The notes: generated by a model not told the origin, from the letters alone. A DNA stretch of 32,000 nucleotides from Mycobacterium tuberculosis H37Rv (GCF_000195955.2 NC_000962.3:1-32000), one strand, 5' to 3'; positions 21,641-29,721 are shown, counted from the first letter of the stretch. Numbers and translations are program-made.

Positions 21641-23181
21641 GCCGCCGCCCGGCAGTCGATGCCCGGCTGAGGCGGGGGTGGCGGAAGTGCGGCCATCGTC
21701 GGCGAGCTGGTGACGGGCCAAGGCGTCGGCGGCGACGCGGGCGCTGCCGGGGAGGCACTCGTGGGGATGGCAGGAGTAGTTCCGGTGGGGGCCGGCGCGG
21801 AGGTGGTGGGTGATGGAGAGGCTGGCGAGGAGGTGACGTTTGGTTCGGTTGTCTCGCTGGTGGTGGGTGGGGCCGGGCGCCCGGGCGGGGACGTGGCACG
21901 CGGCGCCGGGCAAGGCGGCAGCAGGGAGTTGGCCGCCAGTTCGCGCAACTGCCCGATGGCGTCATCGAGAGTGCCGGCCGGGAGACCGGCCCGAACCTGT
22001 GCGCGCTCCGGCGGTCGCAGATCCTCCAGTTTCATCAGATGGCAGTCGAGAGGGCCCCCAGACTGTCCGTAGCTGATCTGCGACAGCTCGTTACGCGGGC
22101 TGAGGCAGCCCATCAGGTAAGGCTGGTGCAGGGACATGCCCAGTAGCGACCCTTGAATCCCCCGCATGATGGACACGCTGCCGGCGTAGTCCGCTACGTA
22201 GTAGTTGCTGCGGATGATCGCGCGACCAATGAGCAGGCCCGCAGTCATCAGCACGGTCACCAGTGCGACAACGAATGCTAGCCGTCGGCCCGACCACCGT
22301 GGCCGACTGAATGTATCGGCCTGTGGCGGAACGCGTTTAACGATCTCCTTGCGCTGGCTGATGGCAGAGGCCCGGCCGGCGGCGGTGTTGGGCAGGGTCA
22401 GTTGGTCGTCGTCGCCTGAGACCGCCCCGGCCAGAATCGGTTGGGTCTGGCCGTAGTCGTAGTCGACGACGTCGGCGACGACGACAGTGACGTTGTCGGG
22501 GCCGCCGCCGCGCAGCGCCAGTTCAATGAGGCGGTGAGCGCTCTCGGCAACCTCGGGGATCTGCAGGGCCTCGAGGATAGTTTCATCGCTAACCGGATCG
22601 GACAACCCGTCCGAGCACAGCAGGTAACGATCACCGGCGCGGGCTTCTCGCATGGTCAGCGTCGGTTCGACCTCATGGCCGGTCAACGCCCGCATGATCA
22701 ACGAGCGTTGCGGGTGGCTGTGCGCCTCCTCCGGGGTGATCCGGCCTTCGTCGACCAGCGTTTGGACAAACGTGTCGTCCTTGGTGATCTGCGTCAGCTC
22801 ACCGTCGCGCAGCAGGTAACCGCGCGAGTCACCGATATGCACCAGGCCGAGCCGGTTGCCCGCGAACAGGATTGCGGTGAGCGTGGTACCCATGCCTTCG
22901 AGATCGGGCTCCATCTCGACTTGCGCTGCGATAGCCGAGTTGCCGGCGCGCACCGCGGCATCCAGCTTGGCCAGCAGATCGCCACCGGGCTCGTCGTCAT
23001 CGAGATGGGCCAATGCGGCAATCACCAACTGGGACGCCACCTCGCCGGCCGCATGCCCACCCATGCCGTCGGCCAGGGCCAATAGCCGTGCCCCAGCGTA
23101 GACCGAGTCTTCGTTGTTGGCGCGTACCAAGCCGCGATCGCTGCGCGCCGCGTATCGCAGGACCAGGGTCACGCGCGCCAC
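21637..23181 (-). CDS. pstP: PP2C-family Ser/Thr phosphatase PstP (Rv0018c-like)
   Basis: 514 aa from GTG 23181 (VARVTLVLRYAARSDRGLVRANNEDS). PP2C motifs ADGMGGHAAGEVAS and DGLSD; TM LAFVVALVTVLMTAGLLIG; Pro/Ser/Thr-rich C-terminal tail. The start is not fully certain: GTG 23172 and GTG 23214 are in frame. Confidence 0.94.
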   Translation of the reverse strand: MARVTLVLRYAARSDRGLVRANNEDSVYAGARLLALADGMGGHAAGEVASQLVIAALAHLDDDEPGGDLLAKLDAAVRAGNSAIAAQVEMEPDLEGMGTTLTAILFAGNRLGLVHIGDSRGYLLRDGELTQITKDDTFVQTLVDEGRITPEEAHSHPQRSLIMRALTGHEVEPTLTMREARAGDRYLLCSDGLSDPVSDETILEALQIPEVAESAHRLIELALRGGGPDNVTVVVADVVDYDYGQTQPILAGAVSGDDDQLTLPNTAAGRASAISQRKEIVKRVPPQADTFSRPRWSGRRLAFVVALVTVLMTAGLLIGRAIIRSNYYVADYAGSVSIMRGIQGSLLGMSLHQPYLMGCLSPRNELSQISYGQSGGPLDCHLMKLEDLRPPERAQVRAGLPAGTLDDAIGQLRELAANSLLPPCPAPRATSPPGRPAPPTTSETTEPNVTSSPASPSPTTSAPAPTGTTPAIPTSASPAAPASPPTPWPVTSSPTMAALPPPPPQPGIDCRAAA

Positions 23182-23184
23182 TCT

Positions 23185-23237
23185 CCCCCGCAAGCGGGTG
23201 GGGGTACCCCCCACTTGTGGGGGCGCGCCCCCACCGC
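23185..23237. repeat. Array of GC-rich palindromes (GTGGGGG / CCCCCAC alternating) in the fhaB-pstP spacer
   Basis: The plus strand reads cccccgcaagcgggtgggggtaccccccacttgtgggggcgcgcccccaccgc. gtggggg at 23198-23204 and 23217-23223 alternate with cccccac at 23208-23214 and 23228-23234. 23217-23234 is a perfect 18-bp palindrome. There is also cccgc-aa-gcggg at 23187-23198. Confidence 0.8.
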
Positions 23238-23269
23238 TTCTCTGCGCTCTGCATCGTCGCCAGCGCGGG

Positions 23270-23737
23270 TCACGGGCGCAACTCGATTGCAGTTTTGCCG
23301 ATGCGAACCGGCGTTCCGATCGGAACTCGTACCGCAGTCGTCACCTTCGCCCTGTCCAGGTAAGTGCCGTTGGTCGATCCTAGATCTTCGACGTACCACT
23401 CGGAGCCGCGCATAGACAGCCGAGCGTGCCGCGTCGAGGCGTAGTCGTCGGTCAGCACCAGGGTCGAGTCGTCGGCGCGCCCGATCAACACCGGCTGTTC
23501 GCTCAGCGTGATACGCGCGCCAGTCAACGCACCTTCGGTCACCACCAGGTAGCGTGCAGCGTGCCGGCGCTGACGCGCGCCTAAGAGCGTCCCTCGCAGC
23601 GCCAGGCCGCGGCGCATCATGACCGCGCCGGTCGGCGCATAAATGTCGGTCTTCAAGATCCGTAGCACGGACCAGATGAATACCCACAACAACATCAAGA
23701 ATCCGGCACGCGTCAGTTGCAGTACCAACCCCTGCAT
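23270..23737 (-). CDS. fhaB: FHA-domain membrane protein FhaB/FipA (Rv0019c-like)
   Basis: 155 aa. N-terminal TM (AGFLMLLWVFIWSVL) and a C-terminal FHA domain (IGRADDSTLVLTDDYASTRHARLSMRGSEWYVEDLGSTNGTYLD). Confidence 0.95.
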   Translation of the reverse strand: MQGLVLQLTRAGFLMLLWVFIWSVLRILKTDIYAPTGAVMMRRGLALRGTLLGARQRRHAARYLVVTEGALTGARITLSEQPVLIGRADDSTLVLTDDYASTRHARLSMRGSEWYVEDLGSTNGTYLDRAKVTTAVRVPIGTPVRIGKTAIELRP

Positions 23738-23860
23738 CTGGCGTCCTTTCCGTCCTGCACCGTCTGCTCCGGCCCCGCGCTGCCGAGCACGTCAGCAAAG
23801 TCACGATACTTTGACGGTGGTCGGCGCGGGTCAACCCCGGCAGCTTCGAGCCCAGTAGGT

Positions 23861-25444
23861 TCAGTGCATGCGGACGATGATCTCGGAGTGTCCCAAGCGG
23901 ATCACATCACCGTCGGCCAACTGCCACTCCTGTACCGGTGCATTGTTAACAGTGGTGCCGTTGGTGGAGTTCAGGTCTGCGAGCAATGCGACCTGCCCGT
24001 CCCACCGGATCTCCAAGTGACGGCGTGACACACCGGTGTCGGGCAGCCGGAACTGGGCGTCCTGTCCGCGACCGATGATGTTGGAGCCCTCGCGGAGCTG
24101 GTAAGTGCGTCCGCTGCCGTCGTCGAGCTGCAGCGTAACCGACGTTCCGGCGGACCCATAGCCGCCCTGCCCGTAACCGCTGTAGCCACCGGGCGCTGGC
24201 TGACCGTAGTCCGGAGCGCCTGATTGGCCGTAGTCGTAGTCTCGGCCGGCGGGTTCGGCGTACCCGCCACCCTGAGGAGCGTATCCCGGGACCCGCGGGG
24301 ATTCGGTGTAGCGGGTGTAGTCAGCGCCGCCGCCATAGTCTTGCCGGCCGTATGTCGTGGCGCCTTGCTGGTAGCCCTGGTCGTAACCGCCTTGGTCGGG
24401 GTAAGCCGGTCGTTGCTCGGGCGGGCCCGGAGGGCCAGAGGGCACATAGCTGCCCTCCTCGTGGCGAGCCGGGCCACGCCCGTACTCCCCGTACCCGCCG
24501 TAGCCGGGCTGGCCGCCACCGGGTGAAGGGCCGTAGCCGCCGCTTTGGCGATAGCCCTGGTCGTAGCCGGGAGCGCCGTAGCCGGCAGCCGGGCCGGGAG
24601 AAACAGGAGGGCGTTGCTCGTAGGGCGGCGGATAGCCCCCCTGCCCTTGGTCGGGGTAGCCTCGACCCTGGTCCTGGTACCCGCGCTGGTCGGGGTAGCC
24701 GCGTTGCTCGGGGTAACCGCGTTGCTCGGGGTAACCGCCCTGGTCGGGGTACCCGATTTGCTCGGGGTAGTCGCCCTGGTCCGGGTGGCGCGGGCGTGGG
24801 TAGCCCGGCTGGGGCGGGTAGCCGCCCGTCTCGGGTGGATACCCCCCGCGGGGGTCAGATCCGCCTTGCGGATCCGGGCCACCACGCGGATCCTCTTGCG
24901 GACGCGCATAGCGGTCGTCGTAATACTCGTCGGGACGCCCCTGCCCCTGACCGCCACGGTAGCTCGAATTGTCACTCATTGGTGCTACTCCTGGTTCTGC
25001 GCCAAACGCGTGGTTTGATTGTGGCCGGGCGCAATCGATGACCGGCGGGTGGGTCTCAACGTCGGGGTTAACAGTGCCGCGGGCGCGGAACTGGCCGGTA
25101 TGCAGGTTCGACGACTGCTCGAATCGGACGACCACATCACCATACGTTTGCCACCCCTGTTCTTGGATATAGTCCGCCAAGTCCCGAGCAAAACCGGTTG
25201 ACTTCAGCTCAGGATCAGCGCCCAACTTCTCAAAGTCGTGCACACCGAGGGTAATGATGTATTCGTTGGGCGCCAAAAGGCGATTTCCCTGCAGCGACTG
25301 GATGCCGTCGGCCGCCTCGCGGCGCAGCAGGGCTTCGACCTCTTGCGGGACGATCGAGCCTCCAAAGATGCGGGCAAACGCATCGCCAACCGTCTGCTCG
25401 AGTTTGCGCTCAACGCGCTGAACCAGCCTTTTCTGGCTACCCAT
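23861..25444 (-). CDS. fhaA: FHA-domain protein FhaA (Rv0020c-like)
   Basis: 527 aa. Structured N-terminal domain, a ~300-aa Gly/Tyr/Pro/Gln-rich disordered linker, and a C-terminal FHA domain (IIGRGQDAQFRLPDTGVSRRHLEIRWDGQVALLADLNSTNGTTVN). First gene of the fhaA-pknB operon. Confidence 0.96.
   Translation of the reverse strand: MGSQKRLVQRVERKLEQTVGDAFARIFGGSIVPQEVEALLRREAADGIQSLQGNRLLAPNEYIITLGVHDFEKLGADPELKSTGFARDLADYIQEQGWQTYGDVVVRFEQSSNLHTGQFRARGTVNPDVETHPPVIDCARPQSNHAFGAEPGVAPMSDNSSYRGGQGQGRPDEYYDDRYARPQEDPRGGPDPQGGSDPRGGYPPETGGYPPQPGYPRPRHPDQGDYPEQIGYPDQGGYPEQRGYPEQRGYPDQRGYQDQGRGYPDQGQGGYPPPYEQRPPVSPGPAAGYGAPGYDQGYRQSGGYGPSPGGGQPGYGGYGEYGRGPARHEEGSYVPSGPPGPPEQRPAYPDQGGYDQGYQQGATTYGRQDYGGGADYTRYTESPRVPGYAPQGGGYAEPAGRDYDYGQSGAPDYGQPAPGGYSGYGQGGYGSAGTSVTLQLDDGSGRTYQLREGSNIIGRGQDAQFRLPDTGVSRRHLEIRWDGQVALLADLNSTNGTTVNNAPVQEWQLADGDVIRLGHSEIIVRMH
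24652..24780 (-). repeat. In-frame imperfect tandem repeat (six 18-bp units plus one 21-bp unit) encoding xGYP(D/E)Q hexapeptides inside fhaA
   Basis: Plus-strand units start with cggggta at 24691, 24709, 24727, 24745 and 24763. Degenerate units lie at 24673 and 24652. The translation is GDYPEQ IGYPDQ GGYPEQ RGYPEQ RGYPDQ RGYQDQ GRGYPDQ. Confidence 0.8.
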
Positions 25445-25620
25445 CTTTCAGCGCTCGCCTCACTGTTCTGGTGCATCGTCGGCGCAAGGCAAACGACTCG
25501 CCTGTATGTCGTGTCAATCAATCATGGTATCGGGACAGTGTGAGCGAGCGGAAAGGGCCGGCCACGCCCACTGAGCCCGCCGGCGCCCCTGGCAGCGGAT
25601 GGGGCCTGCGGCTACTACAG

Positions 25621-25629
25621 TGGTATGGT
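25621..25629 (+). promoter_or_regulatory. Candidate extended -10 element (TGgTATGGT) for tRNA-Leu
   Basis: TGG+TATGGT fits TGN-TANNNT. It ends 15 nt before the mature tRNA 5' end, implying a leader of ~8 nt. An overlapping alternative, TACAGT, lies at 25616-25621. Sequence match only. Confidence 0.3.
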
Positions 25630-25643
25630 CCTCCGGTTGTTGC

Positions 25644-25726
25644 GGGCGAGTGGCGGAATGGCAGACGCGCTGGCTTCAGGTGCCAGTGTCCTTCGGGACG
25701 TGGGGGTTCAAGTCCCCCTTCGCCCA
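25644..25726 (+). tRNA. leuT: tRNA-Leu (anticodon CAG), long variable arm
   Basis: 83 nt. Acceptor gggcgag/ttcgccc, anticodon stem ctggc/gccag with loop ttCAGgt, variable arm gtgtccttcgggacg, T-arm gggggttcaagtccccc. Confidence 0.96.
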
Positions 25727-25912
25727 CCGTACTGTGAGACGAGTCGTGACCGACATCGTCGTCGAAACGGCCGCCATGGGCGTGGTTGGAACGGCTAGCG
25801 CACGCCCACGGCCAGCCCAGGGCAACCCCGGTATCGACGTGACTATCGCCGGCGCTGTCCGGTTCAGCTCGGTCGCGGCCGCAGCCGGGTGGCGGGGCGC
25901 CTCGGTACCCTT

Positions 25913-26881
25913 TTACACGGCGCGCATCGCGGTCAGCGTCCTCGCCGCTTGTTGCGCCATACCGGTTATCACGTCGGCGGCTGGCAGGACGGCATTGACC
26001 AGGCCCGCGGCTTGACCGGCGGTGACATTGGCGATGCTGTAGTCACGCGCAGCAACGGCTCGCCAATATCTGGCCATGGCTTCTTCGCGATGGAGAATGT
26101 CGAGTTCGGTGTCCTCGAATTGGTCGGTGAGGGCGTTGCTTAGCACGCTCATCGTGTGTCCTTGCGGCCAGGGATAGCGCCGTAGCTGATCGTAGATAGT
26201 GGTGCGGCACATGTCGTCGCCAGTGGCCGCCAGCAGCGGGTCCCGCGCCTGCGGTGTGGATAACGCTTCGACCGTGGCGTAGAAGCGCGTACCGACCAAT
26301 ACCCCGGCGGCGCCCAACATCAACGCGGCGGCAAGGCCCCGGCCGTCGGCGATGCCCCCGGCGGCGATCACCGGGATATCAGTTCCCCGCGCGGTGACCA
26401 GGTCGACGATTTCGGGTACCAAGGTCAGGGTGGAACGTGGACCGTGGCCGTGCCCACCGGCCTCGGTGCCCTGAGCCACCAACACATCGGCGCCGACCTG
26501 CAGGGCTCGCTCGGCCTGGGTCCGGTTTTGGATCTGGCAGACCAACCGCGTTCCGGCGGACTTGATGGCGTCAGCGAAAACCGCGGGGTCCCCGAACGAC
26601 AGCATCACCGCCACCGGCTCATACTGCAGCGCGAGGTCGAGCAGCTGCGGTTGGCGGGCCAAAGACCAGGTGATGAACCCGCAGCCCACCGGCGCTCCAG
26701 CGGCGAGATCGAACTGCCGGGCCAACCAATCCCGGTCCCCATAGCCGCCCCCGATGAGGCCGAGTCCCCCTGCGCCACTTACCGCGGCAGCCAGCTCACC
26801 GCCGGCGATCAAGTCCATTGGCGCGGACACTATCGGATAGTCGATTCCGAACATCTGGCTAAAGGCCGTCGATAGCACCAC
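25913..26881 (-). CDS. FMN-dependent nitronate monooxygenase / 2-nitropropane dioxygenase-family oxidoreductase (Rv0021c-like)
   Basis: 322 aa from GTG 26881, preceded by aaggagg with a 5-nt spacer. N-terminus FGIDYPIVSAPMDLIAGGELAAAVSGAGGLGLIGGG and internal VAQGTEAGGHG and IPVIAAGGIADGRG motifs, typical of the NMO TIM-barrel family. Confidence 0.9.
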   Translation of the reverse strand: MVLSTAFSQMFGIDYPIVSAPMDLIAGGELAAAVSGAGGLGLIGGGYGDRDWLARQFDLAAGAPVGCGFITWSLARQPQLLDLALQYEPVAVMLSFGDPAVFADAIKSAGTRLVCQIQNRTQAERALQVGADVLVAQGTEAGGHGHGPRSTLTLVPEIVDLVTARGTDIPVIAAGGIADGRGLAAALMLGAAGVLVGTRFYATVEALSTPQARDPLLAATGDDMCRTTIYDQLRRYPWPQGHTMSVLSNALTDQFEDTELDILHREEAMARYWRAVAARDYSIANVTAGQAAGLVNAVLPAADVITGMAQQAARTLTAMRAV

Positions 26882-26934
26882 AACAACCTCCTTGGCGAGC
26901 GTCGTGATGACACGCAGATCCTGGCCGATGGTAG

Positions 26935-26985
26935 GTGATCAGGCGAGCCACTTCTTCGCCGAACTCGCGAGCCGAGCCTGATCAC
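26935..26985 (-). terminator. Stem-loop between whiB5 and Rv0021c (10-bp perfect stem, 31-nt loop); possible factor-independent terminator or processing site
   Basis: gtgatcaggc (26935-26944) is the exact reverse complement of gcctgatcac (26976-26985). It starts 38 nt downstream of the whiB5 stop. There is no U-tract. Function is inferred. Confidence 0.3.
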
Positions 26986-27022
26986 GCTGGGTTTGGCAAC
27001 TGCCGGGCTTGCCGACCGGGCA

Positions 27023-27442
27023 TCAAGCGGCCGGTTGTGGGCCAACCTGTGCGATCGGCAGGTGCACCACGACCCCGGGCACCGGGGTGACCTCGAGTCC
27101 TTCGTTGCGGGCCAGCAGAGCCGCATTGTCCGGGAGCTGCCTGGAATTGATCTCGCCGCCGGCAATCCGACGCAGCACGTCGTGGGCTGCCGCGAGCTGT
27201 TCGCGCTTTCGGTACTGGCCGCCGGGAAGCTTGATGCCGGCCCATACGCCGTACTCCACCCGATGCTCGACCGCGTGTTGAGCACACCGGCGCTGCTGTA
27301 GGAGCGGGCACCGGCGCAGGCATTGGATCCGCGCTTGGGTGGCCGACCGCTCATAGGCGCGTGCCTTAGCGGCGCCGTCGCTGCCGTCGTCATCGGGGTA
27401 CCCGAACCATAGTTCCGGGTCGGTTGCGCAGGGGTGTGCCAT
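27023..27442 (-). CDS. whiB5: WhiB-family Fe-S transcription factor WhiB5 (Rv0022c-like)
   Basis: 139 aa from ATG 27442, preceded by aaggagg (7-nt spacer). Four Cys (C5, then CLRRCPLLQQRRC) and a GVWAG turn, typical of Wbl proteins. The 304-aa version in the track is an Arg/Pro-rich upstream artefact. Confidence 0.93.
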   Translation of the reverse strand: MAHPCATDPELWFGYPDDDGSDGAAKARAYERSATQARIQCLRRCPLLQQRRCAQHAVEHRVEYGVWAGIKLPGGQYRKREQLAAAHDVLRRIAGGEINSRQLPDNAALLARNEGLEVTPVPGVVVHLPIAQVGPQPAA

Positions 27443-27594
27443 GTGCCGGCCTCCTTGTTGAACGAAACATAGGCAAAAGCGTATATGTCTGTGGCGGGCT
27501 CTGCAAGAGAATCGCGATAAAAACGTATATACATAAGGGGTGGCCGCGGCCGAGTCGTATCCGGGTAGTATCCGGCTTATGGCCGGAGCGTGCG
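27443..27594. promoter_or_regulatory. Divergent whiB5 / Rv0023 control region with repeated AT-rich motifs
   Basis: 152 bp, locally AT-rich. aaaaGcgtatatG (27475-27487) and aaaaAcgtatatA (27519-27531) are 44 bp apart. The second contains the palindrome gtatatac (27525-27532). Tandem gtatccgg x2 (27557-27564, 27568-27575) overlaps a TAGTAT -10-like hexamer (27566-27571). ggag (27585-27588) lies 6 nt before GTG 27595. Confidence 0.5.
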
Positions 27595-28365
27595 GTGAGC
27601 CGTGAGTCGGCCGGCGCGGCCATTCGCGCACTTCGCGAGTCGCGTGACTGGTCCCTCGCGGACCTGGCGGCCGCCACTGGCGTAAGCACCATGGGCCTGA
27701 GCTATCTGGAGCGCGGTGCCCGCAAGCCACACAAAAGCACAGTTCAGAAGGTCGAAAATGGCCTCGGCCTGCCGCCTGGCACCTACTCGCGGCTGTTGGT
27801 CGCCGCTGATCCCGATGCGGAGCTGGCCCGACTGATCGCCGCACAGCCGTCCAACCCGACGGCTGTCCGCCGCGCCGGTGCGGTCGTCGTGGACCGCCAC
27901 AGCGATACCGACGTGCTGGAGGGCTACGCCGAAGCACAGCTCGATGCCATCAAATCCGTCATCGACCGATTGCCTGCGACGACCTCCAACGAATATGAGA
28001 CGTATATTCTCTCTGTGATCGCGCAATGCGTGAAGGCGGAGATGCTGGCCGCCAGCTCCTGGCGGGTGGCGGTGAACGCCGGCGCCGACTCGACCGGCCG
28101 GCTCATGGAGCATCTGCGGGCGCTGGAAGCCACGCGCGGCGCGCTACTGGAGCGGATGCCGACAAGCTTGAGCGCCCGGTTCGATCGGGCATGTGCGCAG
28201 TCGTCGTTACCGGAGGCGGTCGTGGCCGCGCTAATCGGCGTCGGCGCCGACGAAATGTGGGATATCCGCAATCGGGGCGTCATCCCTGCGGGCGCGCTCC
28301 CCCGCGTCCGAGCCTTCGTCGACGCAATCGAGGCAAGTCACGACGCGGATGAGGGGCAGCAGTGA
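27595..28365 (+). CDS. XRE-family helix-turn-helix transcriptional regulator (Rv0023-like)
   Basis: 256 aa from GTG 27595. N-terminal HTH IRALRESRDWSLADLAAATGVSTMGLSYLERGARKPHKSTVQKVENGL, then a ~180-aa helical C-terminal domain of unclear function. Its stop overlaps the next start (GTGA 28362-28365). Confidence 0.9.
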   Translation: MSRESAGAAIRALRESRDWSLADLAAATGVSTMGLSYLERGARKPHKSTVQKVENGLGLPPGTYSRLLVAADPDAELARLIAAQPSNPTAVRRAGAVVVDRHSDTDVLEGYAEAQLDAIKSVIDRLPATTSNEYETYILSVIAQCVKAEMLAASSWRVAVNAGADSTGRLMEHLRALEATRGALLERMPTSLSARFDRACAQSSLPEAVVAALIGVGADEMWDIRNRGVIPAGALPRVRAFVDAIEASHDADEGQQ

Positions 28366-29207
28366 ATTACAGCGAGGTCGAGCTGTTGAGTCGCGCTCAT
28401 CAACTGTTCGCCGGAGACAGTCGGCGACCGGGGTTGGATGCGGGCACCACACCCTACGGGGATCTGCTGTCTCGGGCTGCCGACCTGAATGTGGGTGCGG
28501 GCCAGCGCCGGTATCAACTCGCCGTGGACCACAGCCGGGCGGCCTTGCTGTCTGCTGCGCGAACCGATGCCGCGGCCGGGGCCGTCATCACCGGCGCTCA
28601 ACGGGATCGGGCATGGGCCCGGCGGTCGACCGGAACCGTTCTCGACGAGGCTCGCTCGGATACCACCGTTACTGCGGTTATGCCGATAGCCCAGCGCGAA
28701 GCCATACGCCGTCGTGTGGCGCGGCTGCGCGCGCAACGAGCCCATGTGCTGACGGCGCGACGACGGGCACGACGGCACCTGGCGGCGCTGCGTGCGCTGC
28801 GGTACCGGGTGGCGCACGGCCCGGGGGTCGCGCTGGCCAAACTTCGGCTGCCGTCGCCGAGCGGTCGCGCCGGCATCGCGGTCCACGCCGCGCTGTCGCG
28901 ACTTGGCCGTCCCTATGTCTGGGGCGCAACGGGGCCCAACCAGTTCGACTGTTCCGGTTTGGTCCAGTGGGCCTACGCCCAGGCGGGTGTTCACCTGGAT
29001 CGCACCACCTATCAACAGATCAACGAGGGGATCCCGGTGCCGCGCTCACAGGTCCGGCCGGGCGATCTGGTCTTCCCGCACCCCGGGCACGTGCAGCTGG
29101 CGATCGGCAACAATCTGGTCGTCGAGGCGCCCCATGCGGGCGCGTCGGTTCGGGTCAGCTCGCTGGGCAACAACGTGCAGATTCGGCGACCGCTGAGTGG
29201 CAGATAA
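28362..29207 (+). CDS. NlpC/P60-family peptidoglycan endopeptidase with a helical N-terminal domain and no obvious signal peptide (Rv0024-like)
   Basis: 281 aa. C-terminal catalytic domain GRPYVWGATGPNQFDCSGLVQWAY (Cys), PGHVQLAIGNNLVVEAPH (His, His). The N-terminal ~170 aa are Arg/Ala-rich and helical, with no hydrophobic leader. Confidence 0.9.
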   Translation: MNYSEVELLSRAHQLFAGDSRRPGLDAGTTPYGDLLSRAADLNVGAGQRRYQLAVDHSRAALLSAARTDAAAGAVITGAQRDRAWARRSTGTVLDEARSDTTVTAVMPIAQREAIRRRVARLRAQRAHVLTARRRARRHLAALRALRYRVAHGPGVALAKLRLPSPSGRAGIAVHAALSRLGRPYVWGATGPNQFDCSGLVQWAYAQAGVHLDRTTYQQINEGIPVPRSQVRPGDLVFPHPGHVQLAIGNNLVVEAPHAGASVRVSSLGNNVQIRRPLSGR

Positions 29208-29244
29208 TCGCCCAATCAGACGGGCAGGATGAGAAGGTTGAACC

Positions 29245-29607
29245 ATGTCGGAGCAAGCCGGGTCTTCGGTAGCTGTCATCCAGGAGCGCCAGGCTTTGCT
29301 GGCAAGGCAACACGACGCCGTGGCCGAAGCCGACCGTGAGTTGGCCGACGTGCTAGCCAGCGCGCATGCGGCCATGCGGGAAAGCGTCCGTCGGCTGGAT
29401 GCTATCGCGGCCGAACTCGACCGCGCGGTTCCGGATCAGGATCAGCTTGCCGTCGATACGCCCATGGGAGCGCGTGAGTTTCAAACGTTCCTGGTCGCCA
29501 AGCAGCGCGAGATCGTAGCGGTCGTCGCCGCCGCCCACGAGCTCGATCGCGCAAAAAGCGCTGTGCTAAAGCGCCTGCGGGCACAGTACACGGAACCGGC
29601 CCGTTAG
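29245..29607 (+). CDS. Small helical protein of unknown function (Rv0025-like), paralogous to the N-terminal domain of the next gene
   Basis: 120 aa from ATG 29245 (gagaagg upstream). [41 protein letters not shown] aligns with DTPAGARDFQRFLIGKLKDIREVVATASLDAASKSALMAAW of the downstream product. I recall a mycobacterial DUF assignment (possibly DUF4226), unverified. Confidence 0.85.
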
Positions 29608-29721
29608 CTGCGGACCGGATACGCTGGACCGGCAGGCGTTGGGTGAATTGTCGGCGACTACACACCTAGGTACTGTCACGCGGCATGGAAGCGCCGGGGA
29701 CAGGGCCCGCAGTGGGTCGCA

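Noticed and set aside
21641-21913. N-terminal extensions offered by the ORF track: rodA to 21913, pknB to 17572, whiB5 to 27937, ppiA from 12090, the XRE regulator from 27424, pstP to 23214, crgA to 13998, Rv0010c to 13591 and Rv0012 from 14065.
   Set aside because: Family homology starts at the shorter starts. The extensions overlap upstream genes or intergenic palindromes, are compositionally junk, and the shorter starts have SD sequences or ATGA coupling.
23185-23237. G-quadruplex potential of the G/C runs in the fhaB-pstP spacer.
   Set aside because: Only three closely spaced runs of three or more G occur on either strand, and a fourth is ~40 nt away. Watson-Crick hairpins between the complementary runs should dominate.
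25746-26015. A plus-strand ORF after tRNA-Leu (VTDIVVETAAMGVVGTASARPRPAQ...) with coding-like GC3 (~77%) in the 25746-25912 'intergenic' part.
   Set aside because: Beyond 25913 it is the antisense frame that shares third codon positions with the NMO-family gene, a frame that stays open by construction. The rest is Ala/Gly/Val/Arg-rich with no SD and no recognisable family. It may deserve a Ribo-seq look, but it is not supportable from sequence.
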